Origin: Chiloscyllium plagiosum
Lineage: Eukaryota
Length of the DNA: 64,000 bases
Direction of reading: 5' to 3'
Assembly: GCF_004010195.1 (NCBI RefSeq)
Contig: NC_057715.1
Location: 12,784,409-12,848,408 of the forward strand
Part shown: one piece after another, positions 36,860 through 50,072 of the stretch
Numbering within the stretch: position 1 is the first letter of the stretch
Layout of the letters: each line of letters opens with the position of its first letter
Notes under the pieces: generated by a model
What the model was told of the DNA's origin: nothing
The model's database searches: none
Seen by the model: only the letters and a program-made list of their open reading frames with translations
Position numbers and translations under genes: made by a program

Positions 36860-38800
36860 ATTCCATTAACTCTTGCGCACTAATCCCATGTATTCACCAT
36901 GTGGCCAGTCTCAGGAAGCAACAGTCACCAAACCCCACACCCGTCACCTCCAGGCTGTTCCTGCAGCCGGCACTTGGAAAAGGGGCGTGCAATCTGATAT
37001 CCTTCCTCGCATGTTTACCTCTTCGCGTTTCGACGATGATAAACCGATGACATAGGTAAGGTTCGAATGTCAATGACACAACCACGCCGGAGACACTGCT
37101 CAAAAAACAAACCTCGTCTCTATGAGAACGGCATACTTCTGTCAGATTTCTGGGAATTCCTAATGTCTGGGACACAACTGTTGTTAGATGTGCTGCTCCT
37201 CATTGCCTGGCCTGTTCCGGTGACGACCCAGGCTTTTACGGAGATTGAAGCAAAAATCGGATTCAAAATAGGATTCGTGGAGAAACACTGTTACTTCCAT
37301 TAACCTGGCAATAAAAAAATGGGAAAAATAAACAGTTGTATCAAACTAAAGCGTCCAAAGCACAAATACCAGTGTTGGTTCCGTGTCACCAGTCCATCGC
37401 TGCAATACCCCGCTGAATATTTGGAAACTGCGGTCCAGCTGTTGAAACTTCCCTGGTCAGAATGTGGGACTGACAGCTCCACCCAGTGACTGGGTGGACT
37501 TCAGGAGCTTGCAGATTAAAATCAAATTGAGTGGCGCGTCGTGTGCCAGCGGATTTGTGTAGGTGGTCAGTCTGTCTGACCGCTTCTCCCCACGCCCACT
37601 GTCGCTCTCTTGAGATCTGCTGATAGATCTACAAGATTTACAAAAGTAAAACAGCCACTGAGAGAGGGAAGACGATTGGCGAACTAACAAGTGGCACTGC
37701 CAAAGCAAATGTATTCTCTGAAGGAGGATGTGCATTACTAAGCGCGGATTTTATTGATCATTTCGGTTAAATAGCAACATTGGATGGAACGCAAGAACAA
37801 CCAGCTCGGGTGGGAGAATAAAAGCAGGAACTGCATCAATATTTAAACATCCGGCATCATCTCTGGAGAAGCGGCTGTTTGTCAGTGCAGGCCTTGGAAG
37901 TGGGGAAATTCATCAGTATCCAATTCCCGAGAAACGCGTCAGAGACACCAGAAGCAGAAATCTCCAGTAGAATTCCATTGTGAAAACTGCACAAGGGGGA
38001 TAGAGACCGTGAGAGTCCTTCTCCCCTTCTCCACGGATTCACTGAGTATGAAGCACTTCATAAAAGCTGCTGTGAAGTCACAGTTCCTTCCACAGTTCAG
38101 AAGCAGAGATATAAATAACCGGGACTTATGCATCCCATCTCTCCCCAAGAACTCAGTCAACATTGGACCAGTCCCCACTGATAAAATATGAAAGTGGATG
38201 GTTTTCCTTTCAGAATTAGTGACAGTTAACGTGCTGCCAGGATTGAGAAAGAGAACTGAGAGTAAGATCCAGGAAACACTGCAGCCATGGGAACAGACTT
38301 GAGTATAATGCCCGTATCATATCACCTCCCGTTCTTTCTCTCTATTCCGTCCCCCCTCCCCATGTCTTCCCCCCCACCCGTTGCATTTCTTTATATTTAC
38401 ATCTCTCCGGTGGGGTTTAACCGCGCTTGTTCTCATCACTTCTTGTTAGATGGCAAAGCAAACAAAGCACAGCAATGGAGGTAATACTATCCCAGAATGC
38501 ACAGAGCTTCTGAAACCTCTCTATTACACAGAGTCAGTCTGTTAAGAAAGCATCTGCTCATGCTCCAGCGAACGATATCGATTTGAGCAGCTGAAGGTGA
38601 CTCCCCGAGAGATTTCCCGAGGTAGCTCGGGGGAGTGTGGAGAGTTGTTGTGAGTTTGGAAGCCCAGGGAGTTTCGCAACGGCGAATCAGTAACAAAGCT
38701 AGCCAACAGGGAAATGTGGTTTTGACCCGCTCAGCACTCCTTGGGTAACTATTCCGGTACATGAGTCGGATTTATCCCAAGTTAGTCTCTGTCTCTCAGA
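36860..38800. promoter_or_regulatory. CpG-enriched unique region, candidate promoter or first-exon region
   Basis: About 65 CpG by hand count in about 1.95 kb versus strong depletion elsewhere; CCACGCCC box near 37590, ATTGG near 37675, TATAAATA 38110-38117; no recognisable repeat. Confidence 0.5.
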
Positions 38801-40314
38801 TAGTTTGGGGGTGGGGAGTGAATTTCCAGTGCTTACAACTTATGCTGTTCTTTCTAGTTGAGTTTGACGATGTGGAGAGGATGGGGCCATACAGGGATTT
38901 GGAGTCGAGGGGGAAATTTTAAATCGAACCATTGGAACTGAAAATACACCAAGTGTTTGGTGGGTGGGGTGGGGGAGTCAATGAGGGGTCACGGTGGGAG
39001 TTAGTAAGGGGATCACTGTCAGTAATTGGGCAGAAAGTTTATAGTTACCCAGGAGTTAGACGAGGATTTTTGTGTCAAACCTTTCCTGAGCAACTATTAA
39101 AATTTGTAATTGGAAGGATCTGAACTCTGACTCCGTGAATTGGAAGCTTTGAAGGAGCAGGGCAAATGATCCAAGTCAGGACTTGCAAAAGGTCCTAACG
39201 TGCCGCTTGGATCATACATCTGGTCTCCAACAATCTGGGGATAAGAGGTTCTTGGACCATACTTAGCTGGGTGTGAATGAGCCATGCTGAGACTTATAAC
39301 ATGGTCAAAAGAGTTTAGCTGGCTTCAAGTTGGTACCAGATAGGATACTGGATGCTGCCAAGGAGTGGCTTGGAATGGTTAAGTCTAGATGTGACAGAAC
39401 AGATACAAATCAATACAACACCAGCAATATGGCAAACTCTTATACACTATTCTTGTTGACTTCAAAATGCAGATCAATAATTTTAAACACCCAATTTAAA
39501 ATCTTTGGCCATTTTGACAGTCAAGAGGGATATAAATGCAAATGGTTTCTGAGCATCTGATCAAATTTACCTTTATCTTTAAGCCTGCGCAACACATAAT
39601 ATGCTACTCCTCTTTCAATCTCATTAGGAACATGAAACTTCAGAACATCATTTTGAATCCTAGCCACTGCAAGTTGAGTACTTTTGGGGATAATTTTCTT
39701 TTATCTATGATCAGCATATTTTGAAAATGGACTGAACAGTTAAATTATACAATTACTTTTCAACAATTCTAACTCTGAAGCATTATCTCAGGCACATAAA
39801 TGACAGAGTCCACACAATACAAGTTTCTACTGGATAACATCCACCATCAAAATGAGCTGGCCCATCTTGATCCCACAACAGTCTTCACATTCACAGCTTC
39901 TTTCTTAATGGTACAGCACCTATGACATTGCCCTCCCTTATCCCAACTGGGAGCCTGCAGAGTGGGACACATTGGATCCTCCTATTCTGCCTCTGTTAGT
40001 TTTAGAAAGGATCTGGTAAAGAAAAAAGGTTAAATTTATGCCTTGTTTACTAGTGTTGAGCAACCTCAGCTGACTATGGCCCAGATCATCTTGTCTCCAG
40101 CTCATTGGAGACCACATGTATGATCCAAGTTGCATGTTGGACCCTTTGTAAGTACTGTCACAGGTCATTTTCCCTGCTCCACAATGATAAAGCTACAAAT
40201 TCTCAGCATCAGAAAGTTCAGACCATTCCAGTTACTTACCTTGATAGATACCCAGGAAATGTTTGATGGAAGATTCTTAGTCTAACTCCTGGGTAACTAT
40301 ACAACTGAATGCCC

Positions 40315-40810
40315 ATTTACTCACACTGATCTCTGACTGACTCCCACCATGACCCCTTATTAACCCATCTGAGACATCCCTCTGACTCCCACCACTGGAT
40401 TGTCCCAACCTGAACTGATTAGACCCCACCACCCAACTCTCTTCCTGACCCAATCTGATGCATCCTCCACCTGACTGTGCCCTATTGCTGCTGAGTTCCT
40501 GACACCCCATGTCCTGATGTCCCCAATCTGCCAAACCTTCCTGACCTGATTCAACCACTAACCTATCCATCCAACCACTTATGCACTGACAGATCTACCA
40601 CTGTAAGCATCTACCACCCCACTATTTCCCCCACTTGTCACCCGACCTGGCTGCCACCCTATCCATCTCATGTACATACCATTCTACCCAGTTGCCACCC
40701 TTAACAAGTGCCACCTTACCTACTTAGCACCCTAGCAATTTGACAATAAACTCAGTTACTGCCACACTCACCTGTCATTCTGCTTACACACCCATTCATC
40801 TTCAAACACT
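40315..40810. repeat. C/A-rich low-complexity degenerate repeat
   Basis: Recurrent ctgactcccacc, cctgacc and ccaccc motifs with strong strand bias. Confidence 0.6.
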
Positions 40811-41920
40811 TACCAAAATATGCAACTAGTGCTATAAAAGGGAAGCTTAGTTCTATGCAGATTCTCTTCACCAGTCCCTTTATGAATGCCTAACGGATGG
40901 AGTTCTTCTGAATTGTCCATTGAAGTTTGGACAAAAGAATATTGTATGCAGCATGTAGTCCTCTGTTTGATTGTGATCAGAAAAATTAGGCCAACTTTTC
41001 AGCTGCTGGCAAATTCCCACCCAGTCAGGGACCTGCTTTGTCACACTAAAAACGCAGAAAAAAGGAAATTGGCCTGAAATGTTGATTCAGTTTCTCTCTC
41101 TACAGATGCAGCCCGACCTACTGAATGTTTTCCAGCATTTTCTGTTGTTACTTCAGAGCTTCAGTTTCTGCAATATTTTGCTTTTATGTTAGAAAATGTA
41201 TCAATTATGGAATATGCATGAAGGCATCCAGAAACATTTCAGATTTCCATAACACTAAGAAACAACGAGAGGAAAAGCTCACCATATTCATATCACCTAT
41301 TGCAATTGTTTAGTGCCTACTGTAGAGAAACAGATAAAGCCTCCCCGGAAGAGTCATCTTAAGTGAGTCCTCAATTAATATTGCTGTCAGCACCTTAGAA
41401 TAAATGAATCCTGTATCATCCATAACATTGCGCATACACACTGTTGTTATCTCTAAAGGGTTAATCTATCTGAGACAATGAAACGCCAAAAAATTCCCAT
41501 CACTTTATGTCAATTTATGTTTTGACGAGCTCTGCGTGTCTGTAAAATGTCTGTAATTTATCGCCCACTCACTGACGTTGTCTGATGCTAATATCTCACT
41601 AATTTGCAGGTCATCTGCAGTTTCATTCATCACTTTTTTCTAACAATGCTACTCTGATTCTCTGCTTCACAGATGAGGCGCTTATGGTTTCATATTTAAT
41701 ATGATTGATCACAGGTAATTGCCTCAACGTTACTCACTTCATTGCTCAGAGTGATCATCCTTCAACTCTAATGATTGATTGAAAATAATATTCTGTCAGA
41801 GTGCACCAACTCCCAGCCTGACCATAACCTTTGCGTAGCCCAGATTGATAATCTGACTATAACTGATGTGCAGTCAGTATCTGGCCACAACTGGAATGTT
41901 AACATAGGCTATAAGTTGAT

Positions 41921-42256
41921 TTAAATGGGACGGGAGGCTGGGGAGATGGTAGCAAAGAGTACAATAGGTGAATGGGGGTGGGGATGGAGGTGATAGGTCA
42001 GAGAGAAGGGGGTGGAGTGGAAAGGTGGGAAGGGAGATTGGCAGGTAGGACAGGTCATGAGGNNNNNCGTCTCCCCAGCCCCCACCCCATTTATCTTTCC
42101 ACCCTGGAGGCTTCTTGCCTCTATTCCTGATGAACGGCTTTTGCCTGAAACGTCGATTTTCCTACTTCTCGGATGCTGCCTAACCTGCTGTGCTCTTCTA
42201 GCACCACTCTGATCTAAACTCTGGTTTCCAACATCTGCAGTCCTCACTTTTGCCTG
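41921..42256. mobile_element. Inverted PLE 3' fragments spanning a 5-N gap, with hammerhead core
   Basis: Purine-rich arm matches 14500-14645; plus strand attcCTGATGAacGGCttttGCCtGAAAcGTCgatt at 42123-42158. Confidence 0.85.
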
Positions 42257-42710
42257 GCTGTCGAACTCTCTCCAGCGATTGTTTTGGACTTGCCTGACTG
42301 AACAGAATTACTCTTCGATTTTTGATGGAAGTGAGTAGACAAAAACTAAACCCTATTAATCAGTTAACATGATTTGAAACACCTTTTATCGAACCCATGT
42401 TGCTACATTGTCTCCAGGCAATTGTGGCTTTTACTCGTTACACACACTTCATGACCCATCGGATTCAAAACTCCTTTCATGTAGTTTTTGAAGATGTTTA
42501 ATTCCCTTTGCAAGTTGCAATAATCCTTACTTAGCTCAACCTCTCATTTATTAACAACTTAATTTAATTGTCATAATTGAATCTTTGAAAATGTGAGACC
42601 TGCAATGTATTAATCTTGACTTTAACAGTCCCAGAAATTTATTTTGACATAGAGTTTCCACTCAGCAAGGTGCACCCCATTTCACCTGTCAGACTTGGCT
42701 CATTACTGAA

Positions 42711-43188
42711 GATATTTCTTGTCAATCTGTTCAGACATATTATGACAGGTCTAGAGCAGATGGGAATTGAACTTGAGCTTTCTAGGCCAGAGGTAGTGAC
42801 ACCACCACTACAACATAAGAACTTCTTTGGCTCATTACTGAACACCATCTCTAAGACATTATCCCTGCTGTGGAAGTCTTCAATAAGCTATATTGGGAAG
42901 TAATCTTCTTTTTCAAATCAGCCAGTTCACAGATGTTGATATACAGTTCTGAAGCAGGTGGGACTTGAATGCAGGCCTTCATAGCCCAGAGGTAGCACTG
43001 TGTCAGAAGAATCCTTCAGCTCTACTTTTTTTCAACAATATAGTGTGACTTTAGCTTTTTTTAAAAAAAAAATTCAAACTATTTTTCTAACCAACCTGTT
43101 TAGGGATGTTATTTCACACATCTGGAGCAGTTGGGACTTGAACTCAGGCCTCCTGGTCTAGGGGTAGGGACATTACCACCATGCCACA
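42711..43188 (-). mobile_element. Cluster of three short tRNA-derived SINEs
   Basis: Copies at about 42711-42826, 42908-43015 and 43082-43188; minus A-box tggcatggtgg, B-box gagttcaagtccc; direct repeats ttggctcattactgaa and ggaagtaatctt. Confidence 0.8.
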
Positions 43189-44267
43189 GGAAGTAATCTT
43201 TGATTGTTTCAATAAATGATTCCTGGTGCCTCCTGCCTTCTCTGGTTTGCTCAGTTTTAAGTGGAAGATTGAAATTTGCCATCATCTCCCTCTCCCTCTT
43301 GTTTTGACTGCAGCTGCAGAACCTTTTGCAATTCCACCTCCAATAGACTTGAACTAAACCCCAGAAGTTTATTTCACTTTATGACAACTTGAAGTTGTAG
43401 TCAGTTTGCATACTTTTTCTCCTAACTCATACCTGAGTTTTATAGGCGCTGAATGAATAACATAAGGTGTTGTGGTGCACAACAGCACACTGTCCCAGCA
43501 AAACACTACCAAAATCAACAATGAAAAAATCCATTAACCTAAAATGTTGCACATCCTTCTGCATGTAAAAGGAGTTGGTTGTGGGGTACAGTTTCTGTAC
43601 CATTTCCCCTATGTGCTGCCACCTAAGGGTGTAAAGGGTTTTTCACCTGCACGAACTCTGAAGCAGCAACTAGATTTAGACTATTTTATAATATCAGAAA
43701 CATGGCACTTTGCAGTGACATTAAATTTGCCTGTACAACTATTGGGTTATTCTTAACATTCTTGCACCCAGCTATATTTAGTGAGGCCTGGAGAAAGTTA
43801 TGCTGAGTCTGGAGAAACTCAATTCTCAGTGGCTTCTTTTTTCTGTTTGTAGCAGTAGCACAAATGAATGGAGAAAGTCTGACTGGACAACTTAGAATGT
43901 GTTGTTCATTCCACCAAGGCTTATCAACCTAGAAAGTTTATATAGAGAGCCCTGACTGTCACTGGCTAAGATGCATCATTCCCAACAACGCTCCCAGCTT
44001 CCTTGCTCCAAACCTTGAGGTTACTAGGGAGTTACCCCAGCTTTTAATGAAGAATTGTACAGTTATCCATTTTCAATAGTAATTGAACTATGTGTAGCAG
44101 TTAAATCACCATTGCCACAATTTGCTTTTGTCACTCACTCTTTCCAGGCAGACTCATGTGTCCATTGCCAATTAGCCAGGAAGTAATTCATGATAGATGC
44201 CTTCTGCTTGTGACATTTTTATTATTTCAACCATGCACAGAATGGCTGAGTGGTAATTAGGCTATAC

Positions 44268-44491
44268 CCGTAGAAACAAATTAAATGCCACTATGTCCTC
44301 TGCAGACAGAGGGGAGAATTGATTTGTAGAGACCCAAGGGACAGCAGATTTTTGGCATTCTGGTGTATTTTCTTCGTTGTCTGGATATATCTGGTGTAGC
44401 ACTGGAAAAGAAGCTCTGTCAGAATTTCCAGGATCGTTGCTGCCCAGTACAGGTGACAAAATGTCATTATGCGAGAAAGGTTTCTGCGTTC
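44268..44491 (-). other. Candidate internal exon (unassigned)
   Basis: Long polypyrimidine acceptor cttcctcttcatcttctttgtttcttacacttctag, open frame TQKPFSHNDILSPVLG...IVAFNLFLR, weak donor cgg|gtatag; no recognisable protein. Confidence 0.25.
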
Positions 44492-44635
44492 TAGAAGTGT
44501 AAGAAACAAAGAAGATGAAGAGGAAGGACATGGCTGCCCACCTCCATATTGGGAGGAGGATGTAATTGACAGGAGACGAAGCAACAGATTAGACTGTAGG
44601 CAGAGAAAGGTGACAGCAACTGATAGCAACAAAAA

Positions 44636-44775
44636 CAGTTCTGAGGAAGGGTCACCGGACCAAAAGCAATAATTCTGATTTCTCTTCTCAGATCCTGTCA
44701 GACCTGCTGAACTTTTCCAGCAATTTCTGTTTTTGTTTCTGATTTACAGCATACGCAATCCTTTTGTGTTTTTTT
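44636..44775 (+). mobile_element. PLE-derived arm, third family (CTGAGGA-type hammerhead, decayed)
   Basis: cagttCTGAGGAagGGTCaccgGACCaaaag; reverse complement of the 34325-34428 family. Confidence 0.75.
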
Positions 44776-46389
44776 TGGCACTTGATAGCTGTGTGCTTTA
44801 GTAAATAAAGGTGACAAACAAAATAAACCCCCCACCCACCCACTGCAGTGAAGTCCCTCCCACCACTCCAATGTGATGACTTCAAGCAGGCACTTATTGC
44901 AATGGTGTGAGCTTCTGCTGAAGAAAATACAGATTTAGCATGCATACATTAACAGTATACTGTCATACATTAATAATAAATCCACAGTGACGGCAAGAGT
45001 GATTACCAAATTATTTCCCATCAGATAGACAAGAATCTTAAAACCTAATCTACTGGAAATAATGTTTTCATGTATCTTATAGATTGCAAAGTCCTCACTG
45101 CTGTCAGCTTGCTATGTTTTCAAATGCCTGCTCTAACAGCATGGTATCTATTATGGTAATGTCCATCTACCATTTGGGATGCCTGGACTAGATTCACTGC
45201 GAGCAATCATTCTTATTGATCCTTGTCTAATTTATTGATACTAAAACAGGGAAGGATGCTGACACAAAGTCTTTGGTAGAAAATTGTGTCAGTTATAATA
45301 AATGGAAAATGTTTATTACATAGTACTTAATAGCTAGTGACATTACATCTGAGATACATGAGAGTCCTTGGTAAGACATCACGTTAGACTTAAGAGTGAG
45401 TACACATCATTAGTACAGAATGTAGACATAAGAACAACAACAGGGGTCAAGAACAGTCCAATAAATCCTGATGGGCAGAACTTACCTTTTGATGTCAGTT
45501 AGTACTTTCAACTACTAACTGCTTTGTCCAATATTTTAAATTTACCAACAGAAATTTGAGATATTCAAAGATTTGGTAAGATGCTGAGTGTGGTGCAGGG
45601 GAATCTAACATGCATTAAACGAAAAATCACCAGGAATTTGATCCTGCAACAGCGAAGGAGCAGTGATTTTTTTTACTTCAAAATGACATATGACTTGGAG
45701 GGGAACTTGAAGATGGTGGTGTTCCTATGTGTCAGCTGCCCTTAAAAGTATTAGAAGTCCATGGGTTTGGAATATGCTGTTGAAGGAGGTATGGCAAGTT
45801 GCTGCAACGTATCTTCTAGGTTAAACACTTTTGTCTTTGTGCAGCAGTAATGGAGGAAGAGGAGAGAGAGGGATGTTTCCTCCTTCACCAGCAGATGCTT
45901 TTGCCATATTGTTCAAACACAAAGCTTTAGCCTCTTGTTCAAGAACTAGTTAAGAAGTTGTTATTATGCTGAATACTCCTAAACACACACAACTGGTCAT
46001 GGATGAAAATGGCAAAAATCTGACACTGAGCAAAATTGTCTTGCACCCAAGGAGCCTGGTGTCAAACCCTCTTCTTCACTGCTTGAATAAGACAACATTG
46101 TAAATGCAACAGACAAAGAGTTCTGGTAATTAGTTTCTATTATTAAAACTGCAACATCATCTTCAACACACCCTTGGCTTAAAACTGTATCTTTTCCTAT
46201 TTTCAGTCCACTGTCCAAAAAACTAAAAATGAATTTTACATTGTGAAAGTTGAGAACTAATCATTTTCGACATGTGGATCTGCTTCATAAAATACAGCAT
46301 ACCTATGATGAATTAACTGAGCTAATCTTGCTGAAGGAATTTTAAAATTGCCTCCTTTTTAAACTGAGAATGTATAAAGAGGAGCAAAC

Positions 46390-48455
46390 ATAGAATATAA
46401 GACATTACAGCACAGTGCAGGCCCTTTGGTCCTTGATGTTGCGCTGACCTGTGAAACCAATCTGAAGACCATCCAACCTACACTATTCCATTATCATCTA
46501 TATGTTTATCCATAGAACATAGAACATAGAACATAGAAGAATACAGCGCAGTACAGGCCCTTCGGCCCTCAATGTTGCGCCAATCCAAGCCCACCTAACC
46601 TACACTAGCCCACTATCCTCCATATGCCTATCCAATGCCCGCTTAAATGCCCATAATGAGGGAGAGTCCACCACTGCTACTGGCAGGGCAGTCCATGAAC
46701 TCACGACTCGCTGAGTAAAGAACATACCCGTACCATCTGTCCTATACCTACCCCCCCCCCCTTAATTTAAAGCTATGCCCACTTGTAATAGCTGANNNGA
46801 ACTCAATTCCTCTACCAATAAAAGCCAGTACGCCATATGCCTTCTTCACCGCACTATTTACCTGGGTGGCAACTTTCAAAGACTTGTGTACATGGACACC
46901 AAGATCCCTCTGCTCATCCACACGACCAAGTATATATCCAATGACCATTTAAATGCCCTTAAAGGTGGCAAGTCTACTACTGTTGCAGGAAGGGAGTTTC
47001 ACATCCTTACTACTCTCTGAGTAAAGAAATTACCTCTGATATCTGTCCTATATCTATCACCCCTCAATTTAAAGCTATGTCCCCTCATGCTAGCCATCAA
47101 CATCTGAGGGAAAAGGCTCCCACTGTCTACCCTAACTAACCCTCTGATCATCTTGTATGTCTCCATTAAGTCACCTCTCAAGCTTCTTCTCTCTAACAAA
47201 AACAGCCTCAAGTCCCTCAGCCTTTCCTCATAAGACCTTCCCTCCATAGCAGGCAACATCCTGGTAAATCTCCACTGTACCCTCTCCAATGCTTCTGCAT
47301 CCTTCCTATAATGCAGCGACCAGAACTGTACACAATACTCCAAGTGCAGCCACACTAGATTTTTGTACAGCTGCAACATGACCTCATGGCTCTGAAACTA
47401 AATCCCTCGACCAATAAAAGCGAACACACCACACACCTTTTTAATAACCCTATCAACTTGGGAGGCAACTTTCAGGGATCCATGCACATGGACACCGAAA
47501 TCCTGCTGCTTATCCAAACTAGAAGAATCTTGCCATTAGCCCAGTACTCTGTGTTCCTGTTGCTCCTTCCAAAGTGAATCACCTCACACTTTTCCACATT
47601 TAACTCCATTTGCCACCTCTCAGCCCAGCTCTGCAGCTTATTTATGTTCCTCTGTAACCTGCAACATTCTTCTGCAATGTCCACACCTCCACTGACCCTA
47701 GTGTCATTCCAAATTTACTAACTCATCTTTCTACACACTCATCCAGGCTATTTATAAAAATGACAGACAGCAGTGGCCCCAAAACAGATCCTTGTGGTAC
47801 ACCACTAGTAACTGAACTTCAGGATGGACATTTCCCATCAACCACCACCCTCTGTCTTTTTACAGCTAGCCAATTTCTGATCCAAACTGCTAAATCACTC
47901 TCACTCCCATGCCTCTGTATTTTGTTCAATAGCCTGCTATGGGGAACCTTATCAAATGTTTTACTGAAATCCATACACATCACATCAACCACTTTACCCT
48001 CCTGCACCTGTTTGGTCACCTTCTCAAATAACTCAATAAGGTTTGTGAGGCACAACCTACCCTTCACAAAATCGTGTTGACTGTCCCTAATCAAATTATT
48101 CCCTTTTAGATAATTATAATTCCTATCTGTTATAATCCTGTCCAACACTTTACCCACAACTGAAGTAAGACTCACTGGTCTATAATTACTAGAGTTATCT
48201 CTACTCCCCTTTTTGAACAAGGGGACAACATTTACTGTTCTCCAGTCTTCTGGCACTATTCCTGTAGACAATGACAACATAAAGATCAAAGCCAAAGGCT
48301 CTGCAATCTCCTCCCTAGCTTCCCAGAGAATCCTAGGATAAATCCCATCCATCCCAGGGGATTTACCTATTTTCACACTTTCCAGAATTGCTAACAACTC
48401 TTCCTTATGAACCTCAATCCCATCTAGCCTGATAGTCTGTATCTCAGTATTCTCG
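46390..48455 (-). mobile_element. HER1/CR1 LINE 3' 2 kb (RT largely readable) with a second CR1 3' end nested at 46513-46934
   Basis: KSPGMDGIYPRILWEAREEIAEPL..NYRPVSLTSVVGK..QHDFVKGRLCLTNL..MDFSKTFDKVPH; LEYCVQFWS; nested copy has a (tagaaca)n tail and tatcca on both sides. Confidence 0.95.
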
Positions 48456-49299
48456 CAGCTAGAGTGTGAATACTGAGTTACAGTTTATTAGACTAGACAG
48501 CATTATCACGGTGGTGACAGCTAGAGAAGTCACAGTTGCTACAATAGCTTTGACTTAACTCATAAATCTAACTTGGACTAATTCTTTCAAAAATAAGAGT
48601 GATGCTAAAAGAAGAAAGCTGGATAAAAATAAAGTCACATCCAGGAAGCAGCATGCAAACAAGGGTGTGAAAAGTATACTCCAAACCCAAAAAGGGAACC
48701 CAAGAGTCCTGTGAGTTCCCGCTGCAACAAGGAGGACATTTCCAGTTGAAATGTTAGAGATTAAGGTATGGTTCACATACACCGGGTCAGGACTGAGAGA
48801 GGACTCCCGGCAGGGGACACAGCAGATTCCCACAGGCAGCCTTGCTACAAAATCTTGGGAGCATTTGCCTTGTGTATGACGCATCCAGGCAAATCCCCTG
48901 CAAGCTGCAGGAGTTTTGTGGTCTTGGGAACGCTATTCCTGCATCCCTCCCTGAAATCAAACAAAGTCTATTGCTTTATGCAGGGACCACTCAATTCTCA
49001 ATGTCAACCTAAAAGTAACTTATGAGTTACTACCTTAGCTACATGGTGTTAAAACTAAGAACAAACATGGGACAACTGGTTAGTTCCTCCCAGGAACAGT
49101 TCTTACATTCTGATGATGTTAGTTAACTCTTTCCGAAATTATACATCATTACACAACATTAACTTGTCATATCATTTGTCTCTTTGTCTCTTTGTCTCCT
49201 ACTCACAGCTTGTATTTTCACTTGGCTATTACACATTAGCAAACTGAGATACGTTACATTTTGTCTGTTTGTCTACATTCATTATTGTAGATTGTAAAT

Positions 49300-49730
49300 A
49301 ACTGAATCCCCAACAATGGATACTTCAGCGTTCCATTAATCACAGACTACCATCTTGAAAATATAGTTTTCATGCCTACACTCAGAGTCCCATCTGTTAG
49401 CTAATCCTCTATCCATGCCAATATATTCACCCTAACTCTATGAACCCTTATCTTTTCTATTAACCTTTGTGTTTTATCTTCTCAATTTCCTTTGGAAATG
49501 TAAATATATCATATCCATAGGTTCCCTTTTACCTATCTTACAAGTTGCATCCTTAAAAAATGTTTAATGTATTTGTCAAATATGATTTCCCTTTCATAAA
49601 GTCATGCTGAATTGTATGATCATGTTAATATTTTCTAAGTGTATATTAAAACTTCCTTAATAAGGATTCTAGCACTTTTCCATGACTTATCAGGTGAACT
49701 GGCCTAGAATTCTCTGTATTCTCTCCCCTG
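49300..49730 (-). mobile_element. Old CR1 RT fragment
   Basis: ggttccctttt..tttgtcaaatatgatttccctttcataaagtcatgctga matches the QHGF.KG region on the minus strand. Confidence 0.65.
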
Positions 49731-50041
49731 TCTGCAGTGGGACATATTTCATTTGCATGAAGATTGCCTTTTGAATCCGGCGTAGGCCCCAACATTTTCC
49801 CTGACAAATTTCTTTTATGTGTTTAGTAAATATTCAGGGTTCTCTCTAATTTTGCCTGTTAAATGTATGAGCTATTCAGTTTCAATGTTTGTGTGGGGTG
49901 AGGGGAGATGCAGGTGGAGTGTAGTCATGGCTTGTATAGGGGTCATATTCATTTGTTGCTGTTCTGTTTCTATATGTTTTTAGTCGGTATGTCTTTCTCT
50001 AGCCTGTGTGTATCTGTTCTGTCTCTGATCTGTGTGTATCT

Positions 50042-50047
<6 letters not shown>

Positions 50048-50072
<25 letters not shown>
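50048..50072. repeat. (TC)n microsatellite in a TC/TG-rich tract
   Basis: About 12 TC units. Confidence 0.9.

Noticed and set aside
38450-38544. MAKQ start resembling BCL2L11/Bim
   Set aside because: Similarity is limited to four residues; the frame stops after 31 codons and no BH3 motif is seen
41921-42256. Inverted arrangement as proof of a large hairpin
   Set aside because: The junction is a 5-N assembly gap, so spacing and exact structure are uncertain
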